The notes under the pieces are model-generated. The model worked only from the letters and a program-made list of their open reading frames with translations. It did not search any database and had not been told where the DNA came from. Of a stretch of DNA of 64,000 bases, positions 1 to 17,326 are shown piece after piece (the first letter of the stretch is position 1; each line of letters begins with the position of its first letter). The translations under genes and the position numbers were made by a program. This DNA is from the human T2T-CHM13v2.0 reference genome, Homo sapiens, in the NCBI RefSeq assembly GCF_009914755.1, contig NC_060927.1; one strand, 5' to 3'.

Positions 1-308
1 TTAGCTAACTTTCTGAAAACATTTTCATATGTTATCATTTTTTTGCCCTCCAGAAAGTCAACAAGCAGAATGCCTAGCACATCCCAAAGACTATTGCCAT
101 GACCTTGGCCCTTGACCAGGCTGCTTGTGCTTTGACTGCACCACTTTCACCTCTTGGTAGCCACTGCTGTGATTGTGCTTTGTCCTCAGGATCACACTGG
201 TAAAGCCACAGTTCTTCTCCTGTTACAATGCTTTGAAGAAATACTTGAGAATCTCAATCTCACTTTTAAAAAATTTCCATTGAAAGCTCTGCTCTGGTTT
301 GCAGCTAT
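1..308 (-). mobile_element. HSMAR2 mariner DNA transposon, middle part of decayed transposase (continues beyond left edge)
   Basis: Minus-strand translation gives frameshifted pieces such as IVTGEELWLYQCDPEDKAQSQQWLPRGESGAVKA, matching the HSMAR2 catalytic region as recalled. It continues the piece at 2571-3131 across the LTR insertion. Confidence 0.85.
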
Positions 309-313
309 GCGCA

Positions 314-2570
314 TGTTGCTTTTCTGGCCAGAAACATCTGTGGCTGGTGGCGCCTTTGCCTAGGTTTTGCTCAGGACTGCTGGGCTCATTCCACCCACTT
401 GGCCTGGCAGGCTGCATTCAGCTCACGCTACCAGCCTGGACCTCACCCCTCCAAGGAGACTGCAAGTCAGGTGTGGAATGGTGAGGGGTGTGTGAGTGAG
501 CATGGGGTCTGGCCACTGCACAGTCAGACACGCTGTTGCTACCATGGGGCAGGCAGCTCCAGGTGCCAGCATGGGTGCCAGCTCTCTGCGAGCCTGCAGC
601 TGTACCAGGCACACCACAAGTAGCTTCCCCAGCTGGCACTGGGGAATGAGTGGTGCCCAGTAGCTTGGAGATGCCAGGAACTGCAGGGCCCCAAAGAGGG
701 AGTCATAGTCCTGGCTCAGGATGCTCCCAGGTCTGGGGTCCCTGAAGGGCCGCAGCTTTTCTCTCCTTCTCTTTGCCCATAACATGGCGAGCAAGGGTCT
801 TGTCTCAGCCCTGTTTGTGGGGCATGTTTCAGCCCTGCTTGTGTTACAGCTCTTTTAGCCTCGCCATTTGGTGGGGCCCAAGTTCTTGTCCTGCAACCAG
901 GAAGAATGAGGTATGCAGACAAGTGGAGGGTGAGCAAGACAAAGAGGAGCTTTATTGAGGATAGAACAGCCCAGAGGAAACCCACATGGGGTATCTCGTT
1001 TCCTCAGCCAGGGTGTCCTGATGAGTGTTCAGCTCCTAGCAGAGAGGAGACCCTAGAGTAGGGAGCTCCTCTTTGCAGGCAGGTCATCCCGTTGAGTGTT
1101 CAGCTTACAGCAGAGAGGAGGCCCTAGAGTGAATAGCTCCTCTCTGCAGACAGGCAGGCCCATCATCTCTGCAGCTGTCAGCAGGGAGAAGGTCCTAGAG
1201 TGGGTGGCTTCTCTCTGCAGGCAGGTCCCCTCATCTTCTATGATCTCCCTGTTCTCTCCCCAAGTCTGGCTGAGTCTGGGCTTTTTATGGGCCTCAGAGG
1301 GAAGGAAGTACTTGCTGATTTGTCCATGGGTGGCCATGGGCAGGCCCAAGGAAAAGCACCACAAGTTCCTCCTCTGGCCCGAGGGACTGGCGATGGTGGC
1401 CCCAGCCTTCCAGCCCTCCCCGGCTTAAAGGTGGGGCTTCACTGGGGACCAGCCCTCTTCTGCCCTGGAGCCTGCTTCCTGCCACTATTCATGGTGCCCA
1501 GGCTGTTCATGCCAAAGAGTATCTGCAGGCCAGTGCCAGGCTGTCCTCAGCACTACCTTGGCCTCCCTCCCATGCTTGTCAGTGCACAACATCAGGAGGG
1601 GGCTGAGACAGCAGGAAGCTGGCATGTAAGTGCTGCCCCAAGCATGTGCACACCCAGCCAGGCTGTGAAAGCACCCAGTCTTGGTGTCATCCTTGCTCTG
1701 AGATCAGATCAGGTGATGACAGTGGGGAGAAATCAGGCAGTGGGAGCAGTCACTTCTGAACCTCAAGGGGTGGAGCAGGGAGGGATAAGGGGAAATTTCC
1801 TGGGCCCCCAAGAGCACAGAGATGCCCAGGTCCAGAGTGGCAGCAGGGCGGCTGCAGCTGTACCCAGAGAGCTTCCACCCCACCAATTCCAAAGGGGCGG
1901 GCTCCCACTTGTCCCTGGCTACCACCAGCTCCATGGAGTGTGCAGCCCTGGCCACACTTCCTTACAGTCTGGGGCAAGGGCTCCAGGTCCTCACTGGGTC
2001 CCTCTCTGGCCACTCGCTCTGGCCTCTTGCTGCACTTATATACTTGGCAGCTGCAGGGCACTGTGGTCCCTGGCAGTCCTGCCTGAGGGGCAGGTTGTGA
2101 TGCAGGCACTGACTCTGGCTTGAGGTGGGGTGGGGGTGTGGCCAAACTGCTGTGGCTGTGCCCTGGCTCCAGGAAGGACTACATAGCTCATGGGAGGACC
2201 AGGGCATCCCTGGCCCTGGCAGCAGCAGCAGGCCTCAATGTGAGCAGCATGGGTGAGGGGCAGCGGTGGGGGCGCCAACACCTCGGGGCTTCCTGGGAGC
2301 CACTGCCACACCCAAGCATGCTGTTCTCTCGCTGGCAGGTGGCTCAGCCAGCCCCATCATGGTGGCCCCTAGGGCAGTGGGCTCCTGGGAAACTCCCAGG
2401 GGCAGACTCCAGGGATTGTCTGCCTCCTCCCTGCACCCTCCCCATAGTGGTGGCAGGCAAGAGTGGTGATGCAGGGCCAGGGGTCCCACCACCACCACTG
2501 CTGCTCCTGTGGCCACTGCCCATGTCTCCTCACTGCAGCCTGGGCCGCTTGGGACGGCCCGCTGCTGCCA
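314..2570 (-). mobile_element. Long GC-rich ERV1 solo LTR, MER52-like (probably MER52C/D), inserted in HSMAR2
   Basis: TG...CA termini and a 5-bp TSD gcgca (309-313)/gcaca (2571-2575) that differs by one CpG-type change. Minus-strand start TGGCAGCAGCGGGCCGTCC and end CCAGCCACAGATGTTTCTGGCC resemble MER52 as recalled. Confidence 0.7.
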
Positions 2571-3131
2571 GCACAATGATTTTGGCACCCATTGAATGGA
2601 AAGTTTGCTCAACTTTAATTTTTCAATCACATTTGTGTAAACTAAACTAATCAAGATGTCTACGGTGTCAGCTATTGTTCCTGCTGTTAAAATAGTCAGT
2701 CCGCTTCCAGTGGGGCACAAACAAGACTTTTTCTTTACAAACTGATGTGGATGGTCTGCAGCAGCGGGCCTCATATTCAACATTGTCGTCTCCCTTCTTA
2801 AAATGAGTTATCCATTTGTAAACTACTAATTTCTTTGGGGCATTGTCCCCATAAACTTTCCATGAAATATCAGTGATTTCACAATTCTTCCACCCAAACA
2901 TTAACATACATTTGATATTTGTTCTTGCTTCAATTTTAGCAGAATTCATGTTGTTCTGATAGGGGCTCTTTTCAAACTGATGTCTTATTCCTTCTTAGTG
3001 CCTCAAACTAGATCCTGTTTAGACACATTACAACAAGTTAGTATGAGTTAATTTTGGTGGAAAAAAATTGAAATCCATGTGTAGTTGTTTTCATAAGATG
3101 CATTTCCCATAATATTTGTAAAGTCCCTTCA
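2571..3131 (-). mobile_element. HSMAR2 mariner 5' end with terminal inverted repeat and transposase N-terminus
   Basis: ORF 2668-2949 (MNSAKIEARTNIKCMLMFGWKNCEITDISWKVYGDNAPKK...) is the HSMAR2 transposase start. TIR-like TGAAGGGACTTTACAAA begins at 3131, next to a TA target dinucleotide (3132-3133). Confidence 0.9.
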
Positions 3132-3133
3132 TA

Positions 3134-4141
<1,008 letters not shown>

Positions 4142-4370
4142 ATTTCATTATCTGTGCTGGTGAACCATAGGGTGCAAAGCATTAGATGTGGGGTTCAGTC
4201 TACAGGCCCTGCAGGCTGGATATCTTCTATTTGCCCTTCCAGATCCATCCCGCAGTACTCTGCCCTGCTGTGGGCCCAGAGTCTGACCGATATGGCCTGC
4301 ACAAACAAGCTACCCTAGTTTCTGTTTAGAACATGGAGGCAATGGCAGAAGAATGAAGTCAGAAAGAGAA

Positions 4371-5088
<718 letters not shown>

Positions 5089-5449
5089 GAGAATGAAGTT
5101 TGGAGAACCTGTTTTCATGCCTGCTTCTCTGTTGGTTTATACGGCTGCCTCCAGGCTTTCCTTACATAGCTACCCTCTCTTAGAGTGGGGAATAATTCCC
5201 TTCTTTGTCTTACCAGGCCTCGATGAGGATGCCTGTTACTACTAGTCACAGAGCATTGTACTGCCTCTTGTTGGTTTCCTTAATTGTGCCCACATCTCTG
5301 CACAGAGTCCCTATATTAAATGCTCCTCAAATGGGCCTGTTTGAGCTTGCCATCACCTTCCCATCTGGACTTGACTTATGCTCCTCATGTGCAGGGAGAA
5401 TATAATGCACCTCAGGTGGGCCTTTCTATCTTAGATCCTTAAAAAATTA

Positions 5450-5745
5450 GGCCGGGCATGGTGGGTCATGCCTGTAATCCAGCACTTTGGGAGGCCAATG
5501 CAGGTGGATCACTTGGGGTCAGGAGTTTGAGGGAAGCCTGGCTAACATGGTGAAACTCCTCTCTACCAAAAAATACGAAAACTAGCCAGGAATGGTGACA
5601 TGCACCTGTAGTCCCAGCTACTTAGGAAGCTGAGGTGGGAGAATCACTTGAACTCAGGAGGTGGAGGTTGTAGTGAGCCGAGATGGCACCACTGTACTCC
5701 AGCCTGTGCGACAGAGTGAGACCCTGTCCCCCCCGCAAAAAAAGG
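5450..5745 (+). mobile_element. Alu (AluS/J-like)
   Basis: GGCCGGGCATGGTGG start, central A-rich linker, A tail. Confidence 0.9.
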
Positions 5746-5900
5746 AAAAATATAAAAAGCCATAATAGAAATCATTTTCTATTCATTTCTCTGAGTAATT
5801 CACCAAGTACTGTGTCACATTTTTCATAGCTCTAAACCATTTTATAAATGTTTACATACACTATTTCCACCAATCCTGTTTATGAAGCAGGTGATCATCA

Positions 5901-6082
5901 GTAGCAGCTTCACATAACACAGGGGCTCTCACAATACAGCAGCATAGGTCAGCAACATCACTTGAGTCCTTGTTAAAATGTAAATCATTGAGTCCCACCC
6001 CAGACCTACTGAATCAGAAACTTTTGGGGTAGGACTAACAATCTGTGTTTTAAGAAGCCCTCCAGAGGATTTGAAAACCACT
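5901..6082. mobile_element. MER5A-like hAT-Charlie MITE
   Basis: CCCACCCCAGACCTACTGAATCAGAAACT...TTTGAAAACCACTG motif. A similar piece lies at ~7180-7345. Confidence 0.65.
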
Positions 6083-6320
6083 GACGTAACATGATTACAT
6101 ATGCATTTTTATGTGAGGAACCCCATCCACTACCCCCTACACCTCCACCCCAATGCAAAGCAATATTTTTTAAAAATTCAGTCCAGTGGGTCTCAAACTG
6201 GGGTATATCAATACATCAGAATGACCCTTGGAACTTGTTCAGAATCCCAGTGCTCAGGCCCTAAACTGGACTCACTGAATCAGAATCTCTGGGGCAGCAT
6301 CTTACACGTGACTACCTCTG

Positions 6321-6684
6321 TGATATTGTTTGGCTGTGTCCCCATCCAAATCTCATCTTGAATTCTAGTTTCCACAATTCTCACATGTTTTGGGAGGGAC
6401 CCCGTGGGAGATAATTGAATCATGGGGGTTGTTTCCTCCATACCGTTCTAGTGGTAGTGAATAAATTTCATGAGAGCTGATATTTTTATAAGGGGTTTCC
6501 CCTTTCACTTGGCTCTCATCATTCTCTCTTGTCTGCCACCATGTAAGACATGCCTTCACCTTCTGCCATGATTGCAAGGCCTCCCCAGCCATGTGGAACT
6601 GTGAGTCCATTAAACTTCTTTTTCTGTATAAATTACCTAGTCTCCTATATGTCTTTATCAGCTGTGTGAAAACAAACTAATACA
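6321..6684 (+). mobile_element. THE1-family MaLR solo LTR (THE1B/C-like)
   Basis: TGATATTGTTTGGCTGTGTCCCC...CTAATACA termini; perfect TSD CTCTG. Confidence 0.88.
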
Positions 6685-7347
6685 CTCTGCTTACACCATC
6701 AGCTGGAGACACCTGGAATAGATTACAACAAGCCAGAAGTTAGAATGCATATCACCTAGAGGGTTAACTGGTTACCGCTGAGGATTGGGAACAGAGGTCC
6801 TAGGGGAAGATCCAGCTACTTACAACAGAAAACCCTTTCTCCCTATTCCAAACCTGCAACAACCTGGAATCAGTCTGAAGGCAGCCCCCCACTTTCCTCA
6901 GAGTTGTTGCAGGTTTGCAACAGGGAGAGAGGGTTTTCTGTTGTTCATAGCTGGCTCATGTTTGTGGCAACTTTGGATGCAGATAAGGGTATAATGTTTG
7001 ATCTTTTTTGAGCTGCCTGCCCACTCGTGTCTCTCATTCTGAGACTCTACTTCCAACCATAGCTCCCACTAATTGGGCATATGAGCAGGACCCAGATGAT
7101 TGCACTCAACCAATTTATTGGCTGGCTAGCAACCAATCAGATTCCCTCTCAAAAAAAAAAAAAAAACAAAGTGCAGTAAGGCCTTGCTACTCAAAGTGTG
7201 GTCAGCTGACCAGCAGCATTAGGGAAATCCCTGGGAGTTTATTAGAAAATTAGACTCTCTGGCCATCTAGACCTACTGAATTAGAATCTGCAATCTAACA
7301 AGGTCCCCAAGTAATTCATATGCCAGTTAACCTTTGAGAAACACTAA

Positions 7348-7587
<240 letters not shown>

Positions 7588-8000
7588 CCACTGACTTAAG
7601 AAACAATGTTAAGTCAGTAATAGGTGCCATGCCCCATCCATAATTGGTTTGTTTTTATACATTTCTGATACATGGAGAGGAAGAGGAAATAGCCTGGGTC
7701 TTGAATTTTCTGTATCAAGCTCTCTGAGGGGAAAGCTTTCCTTTATTTTGTGATCTTGGATGTCCAGGAGATTTTTGGTTGTATCCCTATGATAAACCTC
7801 ACTCTACTTAAGCTATCTTGAGTGAGTGCTTTTTGCAAGAGATAGCTTGCCAAGTGATGAACTAAATCATGACTAAAAGAAAACTAAAATGCAAATTTTG
7901 TGTCCTTTTGTAGATTTTGTACAGAGTATTAGTTATGGGTAAACCAGCTTTTCTTTCCCTTTTTAAAATAAGAAATAATAAATCATCATGAAAAATTCAA

Positions 8001-8175
8001 AGCCAGGTGCAGGGGTGCACACTTGGCCAGCTACTGGGGAGGCCGAGGTGGGAGGTTCACTCAAGGCCACAGGTTTGAAGCTGTAGTGCACAATGATCAT
8101 GCCGATGAATAGTCACTGTGCTCCAGCTTGGGCAACATAGCCAGACATTGTCTCCAGAAAAATTTTTTTAATAAA
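8001..8175 (+). mobile_element. Free Alu monomer (FAM/FRAM-like)
   Basis: Single diverged Alu monomer with a short A-rich tail. Confidence 0.65.
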
Positions 8176-8321
8176 AAATTCAAATGTTTCAGAGAGTAGC
8201 AAACTGGGGGAAAAAAGTTTTTCTTCCCTTAAGATCTCTGTTCCCAGTCCTCAGAGGTAATGAATTAACAACTTTCTGTATAACCTTTAATAATTTTCTT
8301 GATTTTTTAAAATGTTTTTGA

Positions 8322-8601
<280 letters not shown>

Positions 8602-9185
8602 AATCTTTAATAATTTTCATATGCACCTATAACATTTTCTTTTTTTCCATGAGCCCCAATAAAAGAAAATCAGAAAGCAGATTATCTTATCATCAATACA
8701 CATCCAGGGATATATTTGACAATATCTAACATTTGACTTTGGTTTAACTCAAACCTTTTTAAATTGCCCTTCTACAGCTTTATTTTTAATAGTCCTTAGA
8801 GACAAGTAGTAGGACAAACACTGTTACTTTTATTGATTCAATATATGGTTACACTGATGTTTAAAGTCACGTCCACAGTTCTCATTGAGGTTCATTAAAT
8901 AAATAGTTACGTGAAAGTTCCTGCTGTATTGCTTTAAAATAATTGAGGACATTATTCAGTAGGTCACATGTCGGGATTTTCTTTTAGAATTTATTGATAA
9001 AGAAAGATGATCAACTCTGAGAAATTAGAAGACTTCTTCCTGTTTAAAATAAAGACTGAGTCACTGACTAAATTTTCTACTTTTTGCCTTGACTGCCAGG
9101 GTCCTCAGGGCCAAACTGGAAGTTCAACCACATAAACTGATTTTTCTAGTTAGCATATTTTTGTTCATTTCCTTGGCTATGAGCC

Positions 9186-9569
9186 TGATATGGTTTGGCT
9201 CTGTATCCCCACCCAAATCTCATTTTTAATTGTAATCCAAATTGTAATCCCCAGGTGTTGAGGGAGCGACCTGGTGGGAGGTGATTTGATCATGGGGGTG
9301 GTTCCCCCATGCTGTTCTCATGATAATAAGGGAGTTCTCTCACAAGATCTGGTTGTTTGATAAGTGTGAGACTCTTGCCCCTTTGTGCTCTTCTCTCCCT
9401 CCTGCCACCATGTAGGATGTGCCTTGTTTCCCCTTCACCTTCTGCCATGATTGTCAGTTTCCTGAGTCCTCCCCAGCCACGCAGAACTGTGAGTCAATTA
9501 ATCCTCTTTTGTTCATAAATTACCCAGTCTCAGGTATTCTTTATAGCAGTGTGAAAACACACTAATACA
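9186..9569 (+). mobile_element. THE1D/MSTA-like MaLR solo LTR
   Basis: TGATATGGTTTGG...CTAATACA termini; TSD GAGCC/GAGCT. Confidence 0.85.
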
Positions 9570-10367
9570 GAGCTACTATTTCTGTGTCACAATTTCATTA
9601 TATTTTTTGTTTAATTATAAGCTGTTTCAAGTATTTGGGGGGAGTAAGAAAGAGGTTTAGATAAAATGACTTTTAAGATGGGGAACACAAAACCCCAATA
9701 AAAACTTAAATTTACCGAGATATTTACTGGCAGAGCTGGAACTGGGATTACAGTTTCCCAAATTTTAGTTCATGATATTTCCTCTCTTCTACATGAAATG
9801 AATGGTGAGGTTTTCCTTCTTAATCATTTTATGTCTGTTTTTAAAAATATGGCAGTTCCACAAACATCGTGGCTGGATGTTGTTTGCTGGAACCTGTGCC
9901 CCAGCTTTTGAAGGCCACCCCTCCCTGCCTTATTTGTTGTTTTCAAAGGCAGTTTTTCTATAATGCAGTGCTGGGTGCCTGGGGTTTGCCAGCAAACAGA
10001 ATGAAAAGATAAAGGTCGTATATTTCCTGCTACACTAAACGGTCCCTCAAAAATGCAGACCACCACTGTTCTGTCAGCCTTTCTGCAAAGGGATGGCAAA
10101 TATCTACCTTGAATAAAAGCATGTTAAAAAAAAATAAAACACTTTGGCAAGCAGAGAGGTGAGTCATATTTCAACAAAGGATTAATGCAAGTCCTGTTTT
10201 GTTTGTTTTGAGAACTCAGTCATTTTTTTAATCAGGTAGTTATGAGAATTTTCAATTCTATTTTATAAAAAACAACCCAACTTAATCCTGTGATGAACTA
10301 TGACTTTTATTGACCTTTTACAAAAAGTACAAGAAAGCTATTGATAAATCTTTTCTTTCTTTTTTGT

Positions 10368-10401
<34 letters not shown>

Positions 10402-10464
10402 GAATCCAGATGAAACACAAAACACAAACCGCAGTGTATGGGATGGCGAACGTCGTTGACTTTC

Positions 10465-10484
10465 AAGGCGCCCTCTACTGGCAA
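10465..10484 (-). promoter_or_regulatory. Candidate CTCF binding site
   Basis: Minus strand TTGCCAGTAGAGGGCGCCTT closely matches the CTCF core CCAGYAGRGGGCGC; unique sequence with local CpG retention. Confidence 0.7.
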
Positions 10485-11220
10485 TGGCTTTAAATTTTTA
10501 AATGTCTATTATATTATAGGCTTTGGAATTTCACTCTTTAACCAAATAAGATTTTCAATACATTAGTAGAAAGAAAACTCATGCAGGAAAGAAAGCCCCA
10601 GATATTTTATCTCAGGAATATAAATAAGCGAATATATACAAAAGTATCAGGCATTATTTTACATATCCTGAAAACTATGCGTTGTTAATAGGAAGAAGAA
10701 TGATACAGTTGGTTGTTCATCAAAGATTTATTGAGCGCTTATAAGAGGCACCATGTCAGGCATTGGGGTCACAGAGGTGAGGCTGACGTGACCCCCACAT
10801 CAAGGGTCCTAGTCTTGTGAGGGAGTCAGACCTACCTGCAGACAATTACCATGTCATGTGTGGAGTGCAGTGTGAGACCCGAGGAACGACCCCTAAATCC
10901 TCCTGAGAAAGGAGTTAGGAAAGGCTCCTGGAGGAGGCTGGCAAAGAAATACAAGAACAGTGAAAAGCACTCTAAGGAGAAGGAAGGGTGTTCGGTAAGA
11001 GAACATGGCGCATGTGCGGAACACGAACAGAACCGCGGTAATAAGTTCCGGGTTGGCTAGCTGTACCACAGCACGATGTGCAGGGACGGCCAGGAGAGGA
11101 TGCTACAGAGCAGCAGCTCTCAAACTTTTCAGTCTCAGGACTTTACAATCTTAAACATTATTGAGGACCCTTCCCCCTCCCCCACGAAGAGCTTTTGTTT
11201 ATGTGGGCTTCATTTATTGA

Positions 11221-11533
<313 letters not shown>

Positions 11534-11835
11534 GATGTTTATTTACTTTTAAGAAACTGTTGGATGGGCATGGTAGCATGCACCTGTAGTCCCAGCTACT
11601 TAGGAGGCTGAGGTGGAAGGATCACTTGAGCCTGGGTGGTCGAGGCTGTTTGCCAAGATTGTGGCACTGCATGCTCCAGCCTGGGTAACAGAACAAGACC
11701 CTGAGGAAAACAAACAAAAAAAGAAGGAAGGAAGGGAGGGAGGGAGGGAGACTAAAGCTGATAAATTTGAAATGTAGTTATTAATGTATTTAATTACATG
11801 TTATCTTAAGCTCTATTTTACGAAAGAAATCCTGA

Positions 11836-12213
<378 letters not shown>

Positions 12214-13567
12214 TAATGTCTAGCTTAACTAGAGACAGCTGGATTCTCACACCTGCTTCTGCCTTGGATCTGTTGCAACATCACATGTCTGTAGCTGCTG
12301 GAGGACTCCGCTGTGCACTCATGAAAGAAAAAGTGACAAAGGCAAATAACATAGTATTATGAAAATAGTTTTGATTTTGTGGGCCCCCAAGGGGTCCCCA
12401 GACCACACGTAAGGAACTACTGCTGCAGAGGTGGGCAGGGGCAAGGTCACGAGGGAGAGCCGGGCACATAACATTAAGTGGCTTGAAACCTGCCAGTAGG
12501 CAACAGGACTTGAAGCTGAGAAGTATCTTGTCAGGTGTGAGTTTTAATTCATCGTTTTTGCAGCTGTGGAGGGGATACATTTGAGGAACATGAAACTGAG
12601 GGAGACAAGTAGTTAGGGAGTTATTGCAATTGTTTGGGCAAGAAGTGATGACTCAAGTAAAACAGTGTGTCCAGGGATGGAAAAAAAAGGGAATGGTGTT
12701 GGGAAATATTTAGGAAGTAAAACTGATTGGGCTTGGTGATTGATTGAAAGTTGAAGGACTGGAGGAAATAAATAAAACTTATAATTCTAGCTTGAGTAAC
12801 TAGAGACCTAAGAGAAGGTGATACAATCAAATGACATAGGGACCATATAATGCAATGGCACTTCAGGGAAGAAGGTAATGCATTTAGATTGAGGCTTGCT
12901 GCCCTGGTAGGCCTAAGGATGGCTCAGGAGAGACATCTGGAAGGAGGGTGAATGTATAAATCTCAATCTTGTGCATGAGCATATTTACCATAAAACTTGA
13001 GTTTAGGGCCCTTTATCTGAATAAGCCCCTTTTATAGGTACACAAGATGTTGCTTTTTAAAAACACACATAGGTAAAAATACTTTTTAACTGCAGTTAGT
13101 ATCACTGACTCTTCCCACCACAACTTCTCCTCCATTGTGATTCTCCACATGTTAGATGGCTTGGAATGGCTACAGGCATTTTGGGGATCCGCTAAGGAAA
13201 AATTGAGCTGGGGATACATTTAGCTTGAGTTTAGAAGGATATATTTATTATATGCAGCTGCTTCAGTTAAGTTATTGCTGACTTATCCAGGAGAGGAACA
13301 GCTTCCAGGAATATCCCATTCTATACTCTGCTGAAGTGGAGGGCGTATGTATTGCAATATGAACTTATTCAATAGCACTAAGCAAAATAAATTTCAGCAG
13401 AGTGGAGCAAAAACAATGTTAGAAATGTTTGGGGTCAGAGTCAATCTGTGAAAAATTCTCTCAATCATCAGACATAAAAAATGTAAAGAGAATTTTGTTC
13501 TTTTCAATGACTAATCAAAATGGAATTCTCCTCTGGAAAGAATTGTGGTGCAATAAAGATGGCTATA

Positions 13568-13883
<316 letters not shown>

Positions 13884-13896
13884 TCACACCCTCCAT

Positions 13897-14338
13897 TGTG
13901 TGATGGTGTCTGTCTCCCCTCTCCTTAAATCTGGGCTGGTCCTATAATTTGCTTTGACCAACTGAATATGGTGGAAGTGATGTTGAATAACTTCCAAATC
14001 TGGACCTTAGAAGACACAAAGCTTTTTGCTTTTGCATATTGAGAATGTTCTATCTTGGAATCCAGATGCCATGCTTTTAGTATTACAATTCAGAAGGGAA
14101 AGCCATGTAAAGGAGATCCAAGGCAGTCAACCAACAGCCAGCACCACTGCCAGCCTCGTAGTGAGCCATCATGGAGGTTCTAGCTCAGTGGGACCCTGAA
14201 GTTTGTAGTCACAGGCAACATCAAGTTTAGCAGATGGTCCGCCAAGCTAAGCTCAGTCCACCCAGAATTCTGAGACAACAAATGACTGTTTTAAATTGCA
14301 AGTTGCATAATAATTTGTTGCTTGGCAATAGATAACCA
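13897..14338 (+). mobile_element. MLT1-type MaLR LTR, old
   Basis: TAAATCTGGGCTGG...TGCTTTGACCAA and a 3' end TAATTTGTTGCTTGGCAATAGATAACC characteristic of MLT1. Confidence 0.6.
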
Positions 14339-14940
14339 AAACCCTATTGCATCATGTATAATTTTAAACTCTCCTTTGGTGTATGTGGTGTGTGTGTACA
14401 CACACAAAAATTTTTCTTTAATGGAAATCACATGAAGTAGAATTTTGTGATGTTGATATTTGTCAACTTCTAAAACTATGGACAATTCAGTGTTTGGGCC
14501 AGAAGGAAAATAAAAGTCAAAGGGGAGTTTTTTGTTGAGAGGACAAATTTGACTGTATTTATAGAGCTAAGAGGAAGGAGTGAGTAGAAACGGAGAGTTA
14601 AAGGTACAGGACAGAAGGGAGGTACTTTAGCAAGTCCTTGAGTGAGACAATAATGAATTGGATTAAGGACACAAATAGAAACACTGGCTTTATCCAGAAG
14701 GAAGTTAACTTCATTCTGTGAGACTGGTGGAAATGACGTAAGCAGGAGAGTTGTTACTCAGCTTAGTAAACCATTTATCTTAAAGTACAATACTTAAAAT
14801 AACGTTAACCTGCAGCTAAGCAAAATAAGTATTATTTCTTGATTTCATGAATTTAACTGGAATGAAAAACATTTTCTCTATTAAAAAAATAATGAAAACA
14901 AAAAGGGAAAACCACATCTTAAAAGTGGTAGATTGCTGTT

Positions 14941-15281
<341 letters not shown>

Positions 15282-15291
15282 TCAAACTCTA

Positions 15292-15591
<300 letters not shown>

Positions 15592-15594
15592 TCA

Positions 15595-15743
<149 letters not shown>

Positions 15744-16096
15744 TTCCGTGGAACACTTATAGAATATGTTAGATAGGTCATTTTTTTAGTGCAGTTTACA
15801 ATGGTTTATTCAACATAGCAAAAACTATCTGCTGAGAAAAATTTAGAACAGACATGAGTTGTGCAAAAAGCAAAAAGAACTTCACTCAAAAGCATTTTTT
15901 GCTTTAAAATTTGGTAGTTAAAAACAGGGCTTCCTTTCAGTTGTTTCATTTTGTTTGGAAATATTTACTTTTTAGTCTTAATTATATTTGACATAACTTA
16001 CTTCTTAAAGAAGAAGGGTAATAATACCCCAATTCTTATAAGTTTAATTTTTCTTGGTGAGGACTTATTCAAAATCAACTTTAAAAAAACCACTCA

Positions 16097-16371
16097 GGCC
16101 AGGTGCGGTGGCTCACACCTGTAATCCCAGCACTTTGGGAGGCTGAGGCAGGTGGATCACTTGAGGTCAGGAGTTCAAGACTAGCCCGGCCAACATGGTG
16201 AAACCCCATCTCTAATAAATACAAAAATTAGCCAGGCACAGTGGCACGTGCCTGTAATCCCAGCTACTCAGGATCGTGAGGCAGGAGCATTGCTTGAACC
16301 TGGGAGGCGAAGGTTTCAGTGAGCCAAGATCATGCCACTACACTCCAGCCTGGGTGACAGAGCGAGACTCA
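16097..16371 (+). mobile_element. Alu (AluS-like), tail missing
   Basis: Dimer sequence ending at GAGACTC without poly(A). Confidence 0.88.
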
Positions 16372-17320
16372 GACCATGTCCTCTCCCTCTCACTCCCCGC
16401 AAAAAGAGAAGAACATGGCAAATGGCAGTTACAGCGAAGAAACACACTCAGGAAGGAGGCTTCAAAATCGTTTTTTCAAAGTCTACTGTGTGCCCTGTTT
16501 TAAGTGCTGAGAAAACAGGAAAGGCCAAGAAAGACAAAGTTCCTGCCCTTGTGGAGCTTACAAATAAGCACGGGGAGAAAAGAAAACAAGCACATACATA
16601 CAGACATGATCATCAGAAGTGAGATGGAACAGCAACAATCAGTGTCGCAATCAGATGAGAGGGCCAGGGGATGGGGACAGTGGTGGTGATTGGGAGGGTT
16701 GGGCAGACTGGCTGGCTGAGATGGACTTCTCTGAGGCGGGGGCATTTAATCTAAGATGCCAACAATGAGTCAGCCATGAGAAAATGTGGGAGAGGAGCCT
16801 TTCAAATGAAGACGCGTGCAAATGCTGTCACCAACCTCTCTCACTCTGATGACACAAAATGTACTGACAGCACTGAGCTACCATGTGTGCCTATTAGAAA
16901 TCATATTTACATTTCCAGTCTTTTGGATTTGAGACATCTGGTACTGATATCTGTATCTTCTAGATGTTTCAATAGGGGGTCCATTAGAAAATCTGAGTTA
17001 TAAAAAAAATTAAAAACATAGGGGATAAAGAGAATGAAAATAACAAGAAAGCAATATTAAAACACACATACAGTTTACATTTAAATGCCCCAAAGGAGAT
17101 GTGTTGGAGCTGTTTGGGGATCCATCCAGCCAAATATAACCACACACCAAGAGGTTTTGTTAGGGGACATGAAAGTAACTATAACAGAATAGGAAAACCA
17201 AATTTACACACTTGTATGTGGATCATTTAGAATATAAACAATTCACTCTGAAAAAAAGTTTTATAAATTCCTCTGGTATTGACATAAACTAAGCATAATA
17301 AACTCAAGTGTGAAATTAGA

Positions 17321-17326
17321 TTTATT
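17321..17326 (-). terminator. NCEH1: Candidate distal poly(A) signal AATAAA of NCEH1
   Basis: tttatt on the plus strand ~400 nt beyond the main candidate signal. Confidence 0.5.

Noticed and set aside
1200-2123. 307-aa ORF and overlapping 130-180-aa ORFs
   Set aside because: They lie in the GC-rich MER52-like LTR where stops are rare; there are ORFs in several frames on both strands and no recognisable domain.
2668-2949. Functional mariner transposase or SETMAR-like fusion
   Set aside because: Frameshifted, interrupted by a 2.26-kb LTR, and no splice link to a host gene is evident.
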